DNA of 64,000 nt from positions 32,488,001-32,552,000 of the forward strand of contig CM126233.1 in the NCBI GenBank assembly GCA_052327205.1. The letters run 5' to 3'. The DNA comes from Somniosus microcephalus. Lineage: Eukaryota. The position numbers and the translations under genes are program-made. Positions 1 to 12,519 of this stretch are shown here, piece by piece; the first letter of the stretch is position 1; each line of letters begins with the position of its first letter. Below the pieces are notes generated by a model. That model saw only the letters and a program-made list of their open reading frames with translations. It was not told where the DNA came from and searched no databases.

Positions 1-689
1 GATATTTATTCAAAATGTTACATTTCTTAATCTAATAAAAGAAGACATTTGGGTTCAGACGGGCTCCTATTTTAAAATGATCCCACAACAACGACGGAAG
101 TTCACTTGTTTATTTAAAGAGATTTAAAAAAAAGAAACAATCTAGGCTGGGGCATGTCTGGTCCAAGTATAAAGTCAACGATATGTCCATCACAACAGAC
201 AAAGTGTAGACACAGATGTCACACAAAGTCAAGAGTGATGAGGCCTGGGGGGGAGAGGGGGGGGGGGGTAGAGGAGGTAATGTACAGCACAGTATGGAGA
301 GAGAAATGCTACTTGCGTGAATAGATCACAGATTTCTTTACTGATCCTGAATTGCCTATAGTAATCCCAAAGCCCCTGCGGCGGAGATTACACCGTCTGA
401 TACAGGCAGTTAGTTCGATTTAGTAAGGGCGAAATCCTTATCGAGGGTCTGTCTGTGTCGCTTTTATTTGTAAAATAAGTTAGAAGCAAAAAATAAAATT
501 TCAGTCATCAAGCACTTGAACCGAGGAATCTGCCGAAGGAATAGTTAATTGTATTCACCAACTGGATTTGGCTACAAATACATTTCATGCCTGCACTGCG
601 TTTTAATTTATTAATTCGTAATGAAGCTTGCATCGGAGGATAGAGTTAAGTAATAATAATGCAATAGACAGCGAGGATTCGGTTTAAGA

Positions 690-723
690 CCTGCTGAGTA
701 TTTCCAGCATTGTCTGTTTTTAT
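690..723 (+). mobile_element. 34-bp remnant of a PLE-derived short repeat with 12-bp TSD
   Basis: cctgctgagtatttccagcattgtctgtttttat matches the 3' part of the elements at 16643 and 60459. Flanked by ttcggtttaaga at 678-689 and 724-735. Confidence 0.75.
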
Positions 724-1656
724 TTCGGTTTAAGAACCCGGTTTTCCCCGGACCCATTGCCGGGAACAGGAAATGTCCCGGCGGGGTCAGAGCCGCGAGA
801 ATGACATTTTGCTGTGGAAATGTGGCAGGACCTTCTCTGTGTGCAGAGGGAGGCGAGAGAAGGGCGGTCTCTCTCTCTCTGTCTCTGTCTCTCTCTCTCC
901 CTTTCTATTCCTACAGTCCATTAAAGGCAGCGGCTTGCGTTCAGTGCGGGGAGAGACGGTTTTATTAGAAATAAGCAGTTTGTTTAGACTGGCCACACAC
1001 ACAGGGGAGGAAAAGGGCCCAGAGTTTGTTATGCACCCTTCATTATGTAAACACCATTTATTGGCTTCGCTTTCTATTAGACTGGGGAACGGGTTTCCGT
1101 GAACTGATATATATATATAATATATATATTTAGTTTCGTGGAACATTAGATAATGTTTAAATATAATGATATAGGCCTCTGTCTCTGTAGTGACCTCTAT
1201 TTCTAGAGGTAAACGTGTATAAAGATATAACGTGGCAATCGAATACACTATGCTGTTTATTTAGCAGCTCATTCAATGCTATATTTATCAGATGATATCG
1301 TGAGATGTTTATTTTATACTGTTTTTATTTCGTTTTTTTACAAGATAAACAAATGTAAGTGTCTAGGGAGACGAATTGTTTAGAAAATGCATTACAAGCC
1401 TGTAGCTGTTTTCAAATGCATGGGGAGAATTGTGGAATTTGATTCACAGATTTAAAAAATCCTTGTAATAAAAATTGGAATTTTGATGTGTTCAGTCTCA
1501 GTAAAGCAGCGATCGGGGTCGTCCCCCCCCCCCCCCCCTGTATTTCAGTCGCGGGTTTGGCGAAGCTCTCTCTCTCTAAGACTTGCTGTTGGAATGAGGT
1601 AATGGAGAGCTCACATTGTTTTCTCTCCCCTCACCCTCACCCTCACCCACACACAG

Positions 1657-1824
1657 AGTCTGCAAGGTCTGACAGGCACGCCGATGGTAGCGGGAAGCCC
1701 GATCCGGCACGATGGCTCCATGCAAGGGAACGCCGTGGAGGTTCAGTCCTACCAGCCGCCCTGGAAAGCGCTCAGTGAGTTCGCCCTGCAGAGTGATCTG
1801 GATCAGCCGGCTTTTCAGCAACTG
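1657..1824 (+). CDS. isl2: Insulin gene enhancer protein ISL-2, penultimate coding exon (LIM-binding region)
   Basis: Acceptor acacag| and donor |GTGAGT, 168 nt, phase 0/0. Encodes [69 protein letters not shown] and SDLDQ are ISL2-type (ISL1 has AASPERH, KVLSDF, SDIDQ). Confidence 0.97.
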
Positions 1825-2310
1825 GTGAGTGCCGGGGCCGGGCCCGTGAGACGCGAGGGGGACGCGGGACACTTGGGAACTTGGACAACGACGTATTTGA
1901 GGAGGGGCGGGGGTTGCTATCAGTTTCAGGAGTGGGATATTCCATTATTTCCATGGCGGAAACTGTCAGACAACAAACAGGCAGGAAAGTTTGGTCGGTA
2001 GAGAAATCGCAGCTTACATATAATAACCAACATCTCCTCCAACTGTGTCAAGTTAAACACTAAACTGGCTGATAAGATTTTAGTGAAAATAAAGTGCTTA
2101 ACTTGACACACAGATGGAAATGAGCACGCCTGCCCTGAAAAGAGGAGTGGTATTTCTATATATTCAAGATTCAACGCCCATTCAGCGTTCAATACCTGAC
2201 ACTTGCCCCAAGATGCAGGGACCCAATCAGTTGGTACCTGATGCTTGGCCCCGTTCTGGTGCTGGTGAGGTTTTAGTTCCGGGATACTCCACTCTGGGGC
2301 GAATTCAGTG

Positions 2311-2356
2311 TTAGAAACATAGAAACATAGAAGATAGGAGCAGGAGTAGGCCATTT
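2311..2356 (-). mobile_element. CR1 LINE extreme 3' tail
   Basis: Minus strand reads aatggcctactcctgctcctatcttctatgtttctatgtttc, the same terminus as the CR1 ending near 15655. Confidence 0.85.
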
Positions 2357-3164
2357 GTAAACCTATGTTAGTAACTCCGTCTAATTCAGATTTGGTTTGG
2401 GTATCGGCATGGAGACGGTACAGGGGGTGCAACTGCCTGACGTCTCGGCATCTTGTGCCCGCGAAGATATAACGCCCAATAGCAGGGTATATCCAGGCAC
2501 GGTGCACATCAGCGTCTTGAGAAATAGTACCCCGCCATGCAGTGTTGCCAAACACAAGTTCACAGTCTCCGAGAGCCAAACATTGGAGAACAGCACAGTT
2601 CCAATTCACATAATCATGTGTATACACTGTATACATGACTAATAGTAGTACACCTGTCAGCATGCAGTGCCCCAGAATCACTCATCAAAGAGGACCATAT
2701 CATCAGCTGCACAGATTGAATGTGTCCGTGTATTCTCTGTACATTCAGGGCACGAGGGTGCAACCCCGTGCTCATCAGGTGCGACCACTGCACCGTACTA
2801 GACACGATCGTTTGGTGGTATTTAGTGGCCTGGATGCATGACAGGATGTCAAGTGCCCATCAACACACAGCAGGAGAATGTGCTAGCTCAGGGCTAGAGC
2901 AGCAAACTTGACATCTACCGGCCGAGCCATCCCTTCTCCACCACCCCCCCCCCCCACCAACAATTAATCTTTCGGGGACAGCAACAATATCTCAGAGCAG
3001 AAATATTATAGAAATAATAATAGGAGGTATCAGTGAATTCAGCGGTGTTCCTGTGCCTTACCACAATCCTAACAGTCACCAACCAGAAATAGCCCCTCAG
3101 TCACCTTCAGTTAGACCTAGGTAATAAACCGTTTAGATAAATAAGATGGGATATTTAGGATTTG

Positions 3165-3450
3165 AATGTACAATGCCTACAGCTTGTGCAGTATATACTT
3201 GTGTATTCTATATAAATCTGTACACCATATATTCATTTACAGTCAATATCTGTGTATAATATACATCAACATCTGCATTATATATTTGTGTACAGTATAT
3301 ACTCCTGTGCATTATATTTGTTCACTGTGTATAGAAAAGTTCTGCTGTATATATTGTGTATGGTATATAAATTGTCTGCAGAATGTATTTGTATAAGGTG
3401 TGCATGTACACCATATATCTGCATACAGTATATATTTCTGAACAGTATTT
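3165..3450. repeat. Low-complexity degenerate (TA/TG/CA) tract
   Basis: Dense tgta/tata/gtat motifs; ORFs here are compositional artefacts. Confidence 0.75.
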
Positions 3451-3477
3451 ATGATTTTAATCATGTGCCAATGAATG

Positions 3478-4570
3478 GACTGGCATTTATAAAGCAGGTC
3501 TCAAGTCCCTGGGACTTCCCAAAGTGTTTTACAGCCAAGGAATTGCTTCTGAAGTTTAGTCACCATTGTTCTACCACAGCCAAATTACGCACAGCAAGGT
3601 CCTACAAACCAATAAATGACCAGTCAATCTGGTTTTTGGTGGTGTTTGGCCAGGACACGGGGAGAACTCCGCTGCAATTCTTCAATTAGATCTTTTAGGT
3701 TCACGTGAGCACACGGACAAGGCCTCGGTTTAACGTCTCATCCGAAAGTAGGCACCTCCGACACTGCAGCACTCCCTCAGTACTGCACTGAAGTGTCAGC
3801 CTTGATAATAGGCCTGGTTTTGTGGAAATAATACCGAGGCATGCCGTTATTTATGTGAAAATCAGATATGCACAGGTAAACGCGGAAATCCAGAAGGTTT
3901 TGTCTGCGATGCCCTGCTCCTCCAAAATCTGCGCAATAACAGTATCTCGCCAAGAGACTCGCCATTTAATGACATTGAACAGTGTGAAGTCGCTGTATTT
4001 ACCACATAGTCATGGACTAAACTGGCAGGAAAAAGTTAGGGCTTGTCCATTCCAGCGTAAATACCCATTTAACAGCATGATAATTCTTAATTACTGCCAA
4101 ACAACCTCTCTGTCAAAGAAAATTAACTTTTACAAGTGTGGAGTCTCATTCCTTCAGATTGTAATTACTGTTGGAGATTTTAAAAAATAAAAAATTTATT
4201 TTTAACTTTTTCTTTCAATCTCTTTTATCTCAATCTCTTAATCCCATCTTTCTTTCCTTCACTTTCTGTACCTGATTTGACACTGAAGTCAATAGTCTAA
4301 GCGACACTTCCTAGTTCAGACCCTGCGCGGCTCATTACCGATTCTTCAGTCTGATTGGTTAAGGAGACACACAGCTGCTTGCCCCGTTCAGAGGTCCCAG
4401 ATGCTCTGTAGAGGGCGCTGCGCTTTTTGGACAGTTGGTCGACAGCAACTTTCAGTACAAAAGCCCACACAAAGCCCAGGGGCAGGGGCAAGTGTAACAA
4501 GCTGCACGCAAAATCTGGCCCAATATTCCCGAGTCCTGGAGTGGGGCTGGAACCCACAACCTTTTGACTC
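3478..4570 (-). mobile_element. DeuSINE (SacSINE1/AmnSINE-like) in isl2's last intron, split by a MITE
   Basis: Deu-domain-like core ggcctcggtttaacgtctcatccgaaa near 3721; the tRNA-like head resumes at ~4525-4570. Confidence 0.8.
3810..4521. mobile_element. Non-autonomous DNA transposon (PIF/Harbinger-like MITE)
   Basis: Imperfect TIRs aggcctggttttg ... caaaatctggccc, 3-bp TSD aat (3807-3809, 4522-4524); interrupts the DeuSINE. Confidence 0.6.
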
Positions 4571-5200
4571 GTAATAGATATTTGGTTCTAAGAGTGATAC
4601 TTGTTTATAATAATTTATGAAGCAAAGTAATGGAGAGGGGGATTGGTACTAATCCAATGTCAATCAAATTCTATGATAGGAGAAGTTAGTAATAGAGGGA
4701 TGAGCCTAGCTGGAGATGAATGGCCTTTTCCCATCACTTCTGCTCCTATATATTACCCATACGTAACGGATAAGTTCATGCAGAAGGGGATTTTCTCTCT
4801 ATAATTATTTAATTCGAGTATTTCCTACCTGACTGCATATATCTGTGTCATGTCTTTGTGCTGATGTAAATGACCAGTTTGGAAGTATAACCGATTATCC
4901 AGACCTGTCTATCGATCGACATGTTCTTGGCTACATATTGTTAAATGGTTACAAGCTGCGTTTACTCTGTAACCTAATGAGTGTTAACTGTATAAGTTGT
5001 GAATCGTGAAATGCTCCGATATAACAAAGGGAAACAAGTCTGTTAACAATTAATTGTAACACTGCTCAATATTCCGTGGTCCCCTTGTTAAACCACCTGT
5101 GAACATTCTGTTTTTTTTTATTGCGGCACATGTTCTGTGGTTTACACGCTGCACTTATAATGAAAGGACTCTTCTGATTTTTGTTTCTTGGGCTCCGCAG

Positions 5201-5317
5201 GTAACTTTTTCGGAATCCGGCTCCTTGCCCAACTCCTCCGGAAGTGATGTGACCTCCCTGTCCTCGCAATTACCGGATACCCCGAACAGCATGGTGCCGA
5301 GCCCCGTGGAAACGTGA
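5201..5317 (+). CDS. isl2: ISL-2 last coding exon
   Basis: Pyrimidine tract plus ccgcag| acceptor. Encodes [38 protein letters not shown], nearly identical to the ISL2 C-terminus. Confidence 0.97.
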   Translation, partial: VTFSESGSLPNSSGSDVTSLSSQLPDTPNSMVPSPVET

Positions 5318-6105
5318 GGTGCGAGTTTTGAGACTTTCGAAGTTGCCACAGACCCGGCTACCGCATGTCCCCCGAAACCCCCGCATGATCAGAGCGCAGT
5401 TACAAGCAACAGAAACTCTCCTAACTATCAGTTTTTATATATAAATATATATATATCAAAGAGACTCGCAAAGACTGCCAAAAAATATATGCACATGGAT
5501 TTCTTTTTTGTTAAAACTGCCACTACAGAACTCTCATTGAATCTACAAGTTGTAAATACATTTCCACCGAAGCCAAATTAGGTATTCAGGAGACAAGAAC
5601 AGACGGAGAGAGAGAGGTGAACGCCAGGATCTAATGTTCAAGCAATCTGACAAGTGAGGAGGGAAAGTGATTTTTTTTTTTAATGCACAGGACTTCTAGG
5701 AACGATTCTGCCCGAAGTCGGCTTCACAGTGTTGCATCTCATCCAGTGTTGTGATTACGGGCCATTTCTCATCGGCAAGTTTCGCCCCTTTTACCTCCCC
5801 CTTTCAAACTGAGAGACTCATTTCATATTTCACTCCACCGACCTTAGAGAGGAACAAACACCGGCCACCTTCCGTTTTCTTTGTAATCGGCATGATTCAC
5901 TGGAAAATGTTACAGTATCGAAGCTTTTTTTAAAAAAAAAACCACACACACAAGCTGTAAAGTGTATTATGTACTAATACCGGCGGAGGAGAAACAATGT
6001 GAACCTCTTAAAGGAAAGAAGTAAGTTATTGCTATTTATTGTAAGAGCCGCAGTTGATACTGGGATTAAATATTTGATCTTAATAAAGTCAAAAAGTATC
6101 AATTC
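5318..6105 (+). other. isl2: isl2 3'UTR (3' end approximate)
   Basis: Follows the stop codon, lacks interspersed repeats, has AU-rich elements (TATTTATT near 6033) and AATAAA at 6082-6087. Confidence 0.7.
6082..6087 (+). terminator. Candidate isl2 polyadenylation signal AATAAA
   Basis: First canonical AATAAA seen after the stop codon, with GT-rich sequence downstream. Confidence 0.65.
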
Positions 6106-9100
6106 TGCAATGTATCCGTTCTGTAACATGTGCTCGGATTAAGTTAAAGTGACTTGTATTGGCATCGGGATAGCATCACAGCACACAGATCCTGACTTTG
6201 ATGGGTTGGTGGGGGACAGACCTCGTTAAAATTCGATTTCAAATAGTTCCAAGGCACTTCAAACTTGAAGTTGTAGAGGAGGAGGGGGGAAATGGAAACG
6301 CATCGACTTGTCAGTTTCCCATCGCCCCGGCGACCTTTGGGCATCCAATAATAAACAGTTTTGCCGCTATCCAGGGTTATCTATCGACCAGAGAGGATAC
6401 GAGAAACCGAACGGGGATCTCACCATTAGACGAGAGAGGCAGTGTTATGTGGGGAAGGATTCCAACGCGATTGTTAAAAGCTTTAGAATTTTTTAAAAAA
6501 ACTTCAATTGCAATTTCAAATTAGGCGACGGTAGAAGGCACAAATGTTACTTTGCTGACGAGCAGTTTAAAAAAAAAGAAATCACCCAGCAATTTCTAAA
6601 ACCAGGTCGAGACGCTCAAATTTCAGGCGTATAAACGCATTGAAAGAAATTCTGGAAATGCAGCTCAGGTCTGTGAGCAGAACCTCCTTCTGTGCCCTCA
6701 GCTCTCGGGTTAGGAAGTAAGTGCGGTCCATTTAAATGTTATTTATGAATACAAAGCGATGTAGTCAATAACAATCAACTCTGAGCTCAAAATATTTATT
6801 TTTTTAAAAACCACCCGAAACACCAGCGATAAAATAATCGGCGTGTATCATAGCGAACGATAATTCTTGTTACGCCGTGTACAAGTGGAGCTTTTTAAAA
6901 TCCAAATTGTGCACAGAATATATCCTTACATGGACAGCCAGAATTGACAGACAACTGACACATCCAAGAGATTGAGAAATGGAACTGTGATTCCCCAGTA
7001 AATGTATTTCTTGGTACATTAGATACAGAGTCATAAATTATCAGGCTATGAATATCAGTGACAGCGCGGCCGGGTCAATGCGATACTGCAGTCTTGGAGC
7101 AACATGTGCTATCAGCGTACTGTATCAGTACATGGTAATTAATAGATTAAGATTAATGAACCTGGGGTTGGGTGGGATAAAAGGACCCAAGTACCAATCG
7201 CACCGAACCAAAATAACCAGTGGCTGCCAAACAGTGCGGTGGGGAATATCAATCATATCAATTCACATACAGCTACCAGGGTGAAGGTGTGTATTTATAG
7301 ACAGATCCGACAGAGCAGATGTTTGCCGATATGTGTTTTTTAAATTGTATTATATATAGATAGATAGAATAGAGAGAGAGAAAGAGAGACGGTGTAAGCT
7401 CACCGGGTCCTGGGGTTGATCCAGGTATCCAGGCATTTGTCAAGGAATGTTACGCTTAGTTGGATCAGAATGTTCCTAGCGGAGGAAGTGATTGGGAATG
7501 GGATATTTGGAATGCTTTGCTTGAATGAGAAGTAAGCTGGGGGTCAGGTGTCCCCTTTATCCAAATCTCACGTTCATTGAAAACAGACCTGTTTCCCAGT
7601 GAATGTTGGGGAGGGGGGGGGGATAGATTTGCTTAATTCCCCACAAAAATAATGTTGGAGTTAATTTCGCCTTCAACCCCGGGGCCTTGAATAAACAAAA
7701 CAAGAAATCTAACAGGATTCGATAGCAATCGAGCTATTTCCGGATTCATGAGTTACCTCCTTATAACAACTTGAAACATATAAAACAAATCTTTGGATTT
7801 AGTCTACAACAGTCCCCACGTTTTACAATATCATTCTCCAGATTTAAACACCGCTTGGTTTATTTACGCGTCTCCTTCGGTTTATGGTGAAACTTAATGG
7901 AAATTAACTTCAGTCTAGCCAGCCCTTGTTATGAGAATTTGAAGAGCTTATGTCGTTTTTATTTTTATTTATAACAGACATACGATATATTATAACGAGC
8001 TGTTTATTAAGAATTAAATGCACAACTAGTTTCTGAAGTGCTATCCACCTAAAGTAGACACAGTCACAGAACTTTCAAAGTACCCTAATTAGCCGAGAGG
8101 CTTTTAAAATAAAAATGACGCTATTAACCCTTAAAAAGCTCACACGGGGCCCGAAATGCTTTGACTTTTGGGCTATGGCTAAAATATTTCAAGTTTAGAA
8201 ACTGCCTTTGACTGGTTTAATTAGATGTTACGTAAAATACAATGACACGGAGAAGAAAGGGACTGTTTTACTTAAAAATCTTTCCGCCTTCAGGAGTTCA
8301 AGGGTGCCAAAGCGAAATTTAGGTTAACCCCGCCCCCCCCCCCCCCCCACTTTCCCATTAAAATAACAAGTGGCACTCGAAGTGGCGTTGCCCCCACCCT
8401 GAGACCACTCGGAGCTGGGCGACTGCGATCACCTGCCCTATCTGTTAGTGAGTCGAGGCTATCCCAACATTGGCGACTGCGGGTCACCAGTATTCCAGAT
8501 AACCCGGGGGAAGTCAGACTGCTCAGGGACTTTGTGTGTCAGGCAAAGGGCAGCAGCGACTCTTAAAAGGGGCTTTTAAACTCGCCAGGAAAACATCCCT
8601 TTAGCAGAAAGCAGGCACAAAATGTACGGGGAGATTTGAGGAAGAAATTGTGATCGCTTTTGGAGTGTGGCCTGTGGCAATGGAAACTGCTCAAACTTGG
8701 CAATGGTTTCGTATAGAAAATAGAATACAGTTCGTACTGTGCTGGAATCCTTCATAACCGCCGCCTTTTAACTATTAATTCGTCGCCCAGATGGCGGAGT
8801 GTGCGGTTAAATAATCTGAATGAAGAGGAGCTTAAAAAAAAAGATTTGTAATGGGAACGATCGCGCGGACGCTTGTGGGTCCGGCAGCATTTGCAATAAA
8901 ATGTAAAAGGCAGTTCTCCTGTCTCTTCTACAGTGAGTCAAGGCCTCCTCCGGGCACTGGCCTGTGCTGAGTGTTCAGTGGAAGATTGGGAACCAATTTA
9001 GGGAATCTCTGCGATCTTGAGTCTTTGCATAAATCGGTGAGGTCCCACATGCAGCAGATTTAAAGTCTCGCTGTAACTTTCCTTGTATATCGTTTTACCT

Positions 9101-9577
9101 GAACAGCGAAGGCCTGCTTATGTCTTCAATTCACTATTAAACGCCTTTAACACACATATGCTCGTTATCAAAAAATAAACTTTTTGGCGGTGAGGTCTCA
9201 AAGTGGGGCCCACTTTATTGACGTGATGTCAAATTAAACGGCTTCAGCTGACACCGCTCAGGGGTCTCAATGAACCAAACACACACAATTAAAGGAATTG
9301 AGAGCAAGTGGTAATGTGTAGCGGAATGAACACAGATTGTGGTACAATTCTGCTTGAATAATGTTACATTTTTAAATTTTGCACATATTGTGATATCTGA
9401 TATATTGCTTATTATAAATCTATAAATCGTGAACCGGGCGGCAGGCAATCAGAACAAATAGCCAGCTTTTCCCATCCCACCTCATTGAAAAGAATGACTC
9501 GTTCCGAAGAGGCAGTGAAGTTTATGAGCAATTTAAACTGTCCGGGGTCTCTGGTTCGCTGTGCAGATTACAAGTAA

Positions 9578-9695
9578 TAAAGAAAAGAAAGACTTGCATT
9601 TATATAGCGCCTTTCACAACTAGCGGATGTCCCAAAGCGCTTTACAGTCAATGAAGTAATTCTGAAGAGTGTTGTCACTGTTGTAATGTAGGAAT
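9578..9695 (-). mobile_element. DeuSINE 3' fragment
   Basis: aaagacttgcatttatatagcgcctttcac...tgtaatgtagga tail. Confidence 0.8.
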
Positions 9696-10241
9696 ATAGA
9701 GAGGAGTATTTGGAGTGGGGGCGGTGTTCACCAAACACCGTCCCTATAAAGACCGACACAGATTTGTGCATCAGTACTTCAAACTCGGGAAGTTTTCACC
9801 CTCTTTTGCCTCCAAGCAGTTGCCGAGGAATAAACTAAACGCAGTGTCTGTGTCACTGACAGCGACCGACCCAAAACCACAGCCCTCGCCATTATATTAC
9901 ATCTCGGGAAACTTTTCAAAGTAGAAAGTAAGATATTTCTTATAAAACAATATCTTTACGGATAAATTGAAGGACTTTTTGCAGATATTTGAATTAAAAA
10001 AACTCAAATTAAATACAACTCATAGTGGGCTGAAAAAATAGGGATGGTATTAGTTCAGAATGTGTTGTGTCTCTCAGTGTTTGGCACTTCTGATTTCTTC
10101 CTTGTTTCTACATCTGAGTGTGTGTCTGTGCACTTGTGAATCTCTGTCTCTGTATGTGTGCGTCTACGTGTGTGACTCTCTGTCCTTTTGGCTTCCCGTT
10201 TGTATGTCGCTATGTACTCGTGAATCCCATTTTATGTGTAG

Positions 10242-10408
10242 GTGTGTGTAGTACGAATTGTGAGTCCTCATCAATGATGTGTGTGTGTGTTGTATATATC
10301 ATATATATGTACATGTGTGTGTAGTATGAATTGTGAGTCCTCATCAATGATGTGTGTGTGTGTGTTGTATATATCATATATATGTACATGTGTGTGTAGT
10401 ATGAATTG
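10242..10408. repeat. Tandem repeat, 73-75-bp unit, ~2.3 copies
   Basis: gtagta(c/t)gaattg recurs at 10248, 10321 and 10396 with near-identical intervening sequence. Confidence 0.9.
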
Positions 10409-10459
10409 CTGTACTTGTGACTTCTTCAATGGTATATATATTTGTGTATGAATGTATGA

Positions 10460-11332
10460 GACCTCCACGCTCTCTAAATGGTCAGACTGCTTGTCCAACA
10501 TCCAGTTCTGGATGTGCAGAAATTTTCGCCAATTAAATATTGGGAAGACCAAAGCCATTGTTTTCGGTCCCGCCACAGACTCCATCCCTCTCCCTAACAT
10601 CTGTCTGAGGGTGACCCATACTGTTCGCAACCTTGATGTCATACTTGACCCTGAAAGGAGCTTCCGACCACATATCCACGGCATAACTAAGCCTAGTTCC
10701 ACCTCTATAACATCGCCCTCTCCGGCTGCTGAAACCCTCATCCATGCCTGTGTTACCTTTAGATTTGACTATTCCAACGCACTCCTGGCTGGCCTCTCAC
10801 GTTCTACCCTACTAAACTTGGGGTCATCCAAAACTCAGCTGCCCGTGTCCTAACTCACACCGAGTCCCGTTCGCCCATCACCCGCTGTGCTCGCTGACCT
10901 ACATTGGCTCCCGGTTAAGCAACGCCTGGATTTCAAAATTCTCATCCTTGTTTTCAAATCCCTCCGTGGCCTCGCCCCTTCCTATCTCTGTAATTTCCTC
11001 CAACCTCACAACCCCCGAGATATCTGCGCTCCTCTAATTCTGCCCTCTTGAGTATCCCTGATTAGAATCACTCAACCTTTGGCGGCTGTGCCTTCTGTTG
11101 CCTGGGCCCCAAGCTCTGGAACTCCCTGCCTAAACCTCTCCGCCTCTCTATACCTCTCTCTCCTCCTGTAAGACGCTCCTTAAAACCTCTCTCTTTAACC
11201 AAGCTTTTGGTCACCTGTCCTAATTTCTCCTTATGTGGATTGGTGTCAATTTTTTTTGTCTTATAACGCTCCTGTGAAGTACCTTGGGAGGTTTTATGTT
11301 AAAGGCGCTATATAAATACAAGTTGTTTGTTG
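10460..11332 (+). mobile_element. L2-clade LINE 3' fragment
   Basis: Translates to LNIGKTKAIVFG, ETLIHACVTFRFDYSNALLAGL and LHWLPVKQRLDFKIL; ends aaaggcgctatataaatacaagttgtt. Confidence 0.9.
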
Positions 11333-12519
11333 TATATATATATATATATGTATGGATGTAAATACGAGTGTGCATGTGTGTGTGTAAATATATATATATA
11401 TCTATGTGTGTGTGTGTCTCTGTACTTGTAACTTCCTCGTCTGCCGAGTTTCACTTGTTAAGTGTAAGTCTAGACAAAGTAGAACGATTGGCGGCTTCTT
11501 ATCTCTTTCTGGCATCACGTGCAAACGATACATTGAATCAGCACCACAACAAACCACCGTCTGTTAGCAGAGGGTTCCACTCGACCCAGCCTAGCGTGTC
11601 CGGGTTTATTTTGCTTTGAGAAAGAGCGAGAGATCTGCAGAGCCACTTCTGTGCGGGAAGGGCACTGCTGATGGTGATGTTGACCGCCGGCGATCGCCAC
11701 TGGACATGAGCTGACCCGATCAGCCTGTCAAAAGCTTCAGACTGACATCTTAAACTTTAGCAATTTGTTATCCAGGATCGGGCAAAGATGAGAAAAAAAG
11801 GGGGGGGGGGAAATAACTGTTAAGACACCTGAACCAGTGATATATCTGTCAGCCTGGGGGATGGGGTGTGTTTTACTCGCCGCCTTTCACAGGCTGGGCG
11901 TCAAATCTGTAACAAATTAAGAGCTACATTTCCCATGCCTGCAACCCCTTAATTCCTTCTACAATGTCTATTTTTTTAATGCATATATGTATATTTACTG
12001 CAATACTACACCCGCGTTGATTGTCAGTTTCCTAAACTCGCCCGGGGTAACTCACCGCTTAACTGATTTTGAAGTTACTGAAAGTGACTTGAAACTGACA
12101 AGCACTTCTCTTAATAGGGACTAGCGCCAAACATACACTACTGTGTTACATAACTCCCCTCCCTGTGCGACTTAACAACATATTGCTGAGATTATTGGAA
12201 TGTTATAGCCGCCGTATATGGCGCAAACCACACACAGTTTAAACAAATCTGGACACTTTCCAGCATTTATTCAAGATAATCATCATCATGTTATATATTT
12301 GTGACTGAGCTGATTTCTCCTGTGAATTTAACGAGGCCGGCGTTTTAATGACAATTATCCCAAGTATAATGGGGAAAAACCCAATTAATTTGTAATTGTA
12401 CTTAATGAAACAGCAGAATATTTGAGGCGGATGCATTTTGCGAAGTGGTGCAGCCCGAATGCTATTGCATTATAAATGGAAATACTTTAATCAACCTGAT
12501 ATGTTTATATAAAGAATGA

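Noticed and set aside
1684-2001. 105-aa ORF as a complete gene
   Set aside because: It is the isl2 exon read through its GTGAGT donor into intron; homology stops at 1824.
1926-2681. 251-aa minus-strand ORF as a host gene
   Set aside because: It starts at GTG, crosses an insert, a CR1 tail and intron, and has no recognisable domain. Only the insert part is kept as a finding.
2357-2920. Telomerase RNA or hammerhead identity for the structured insert
   Set aside because: No CTAACCCT template on either strand, and the minus-strand CTGATGA motifs lack a correctly placed GAAA.
10242-10408. CRISPR-like array
   Set aside because: Eukaryotic context and identical intervening sequence; it is a simple tandem duplication.
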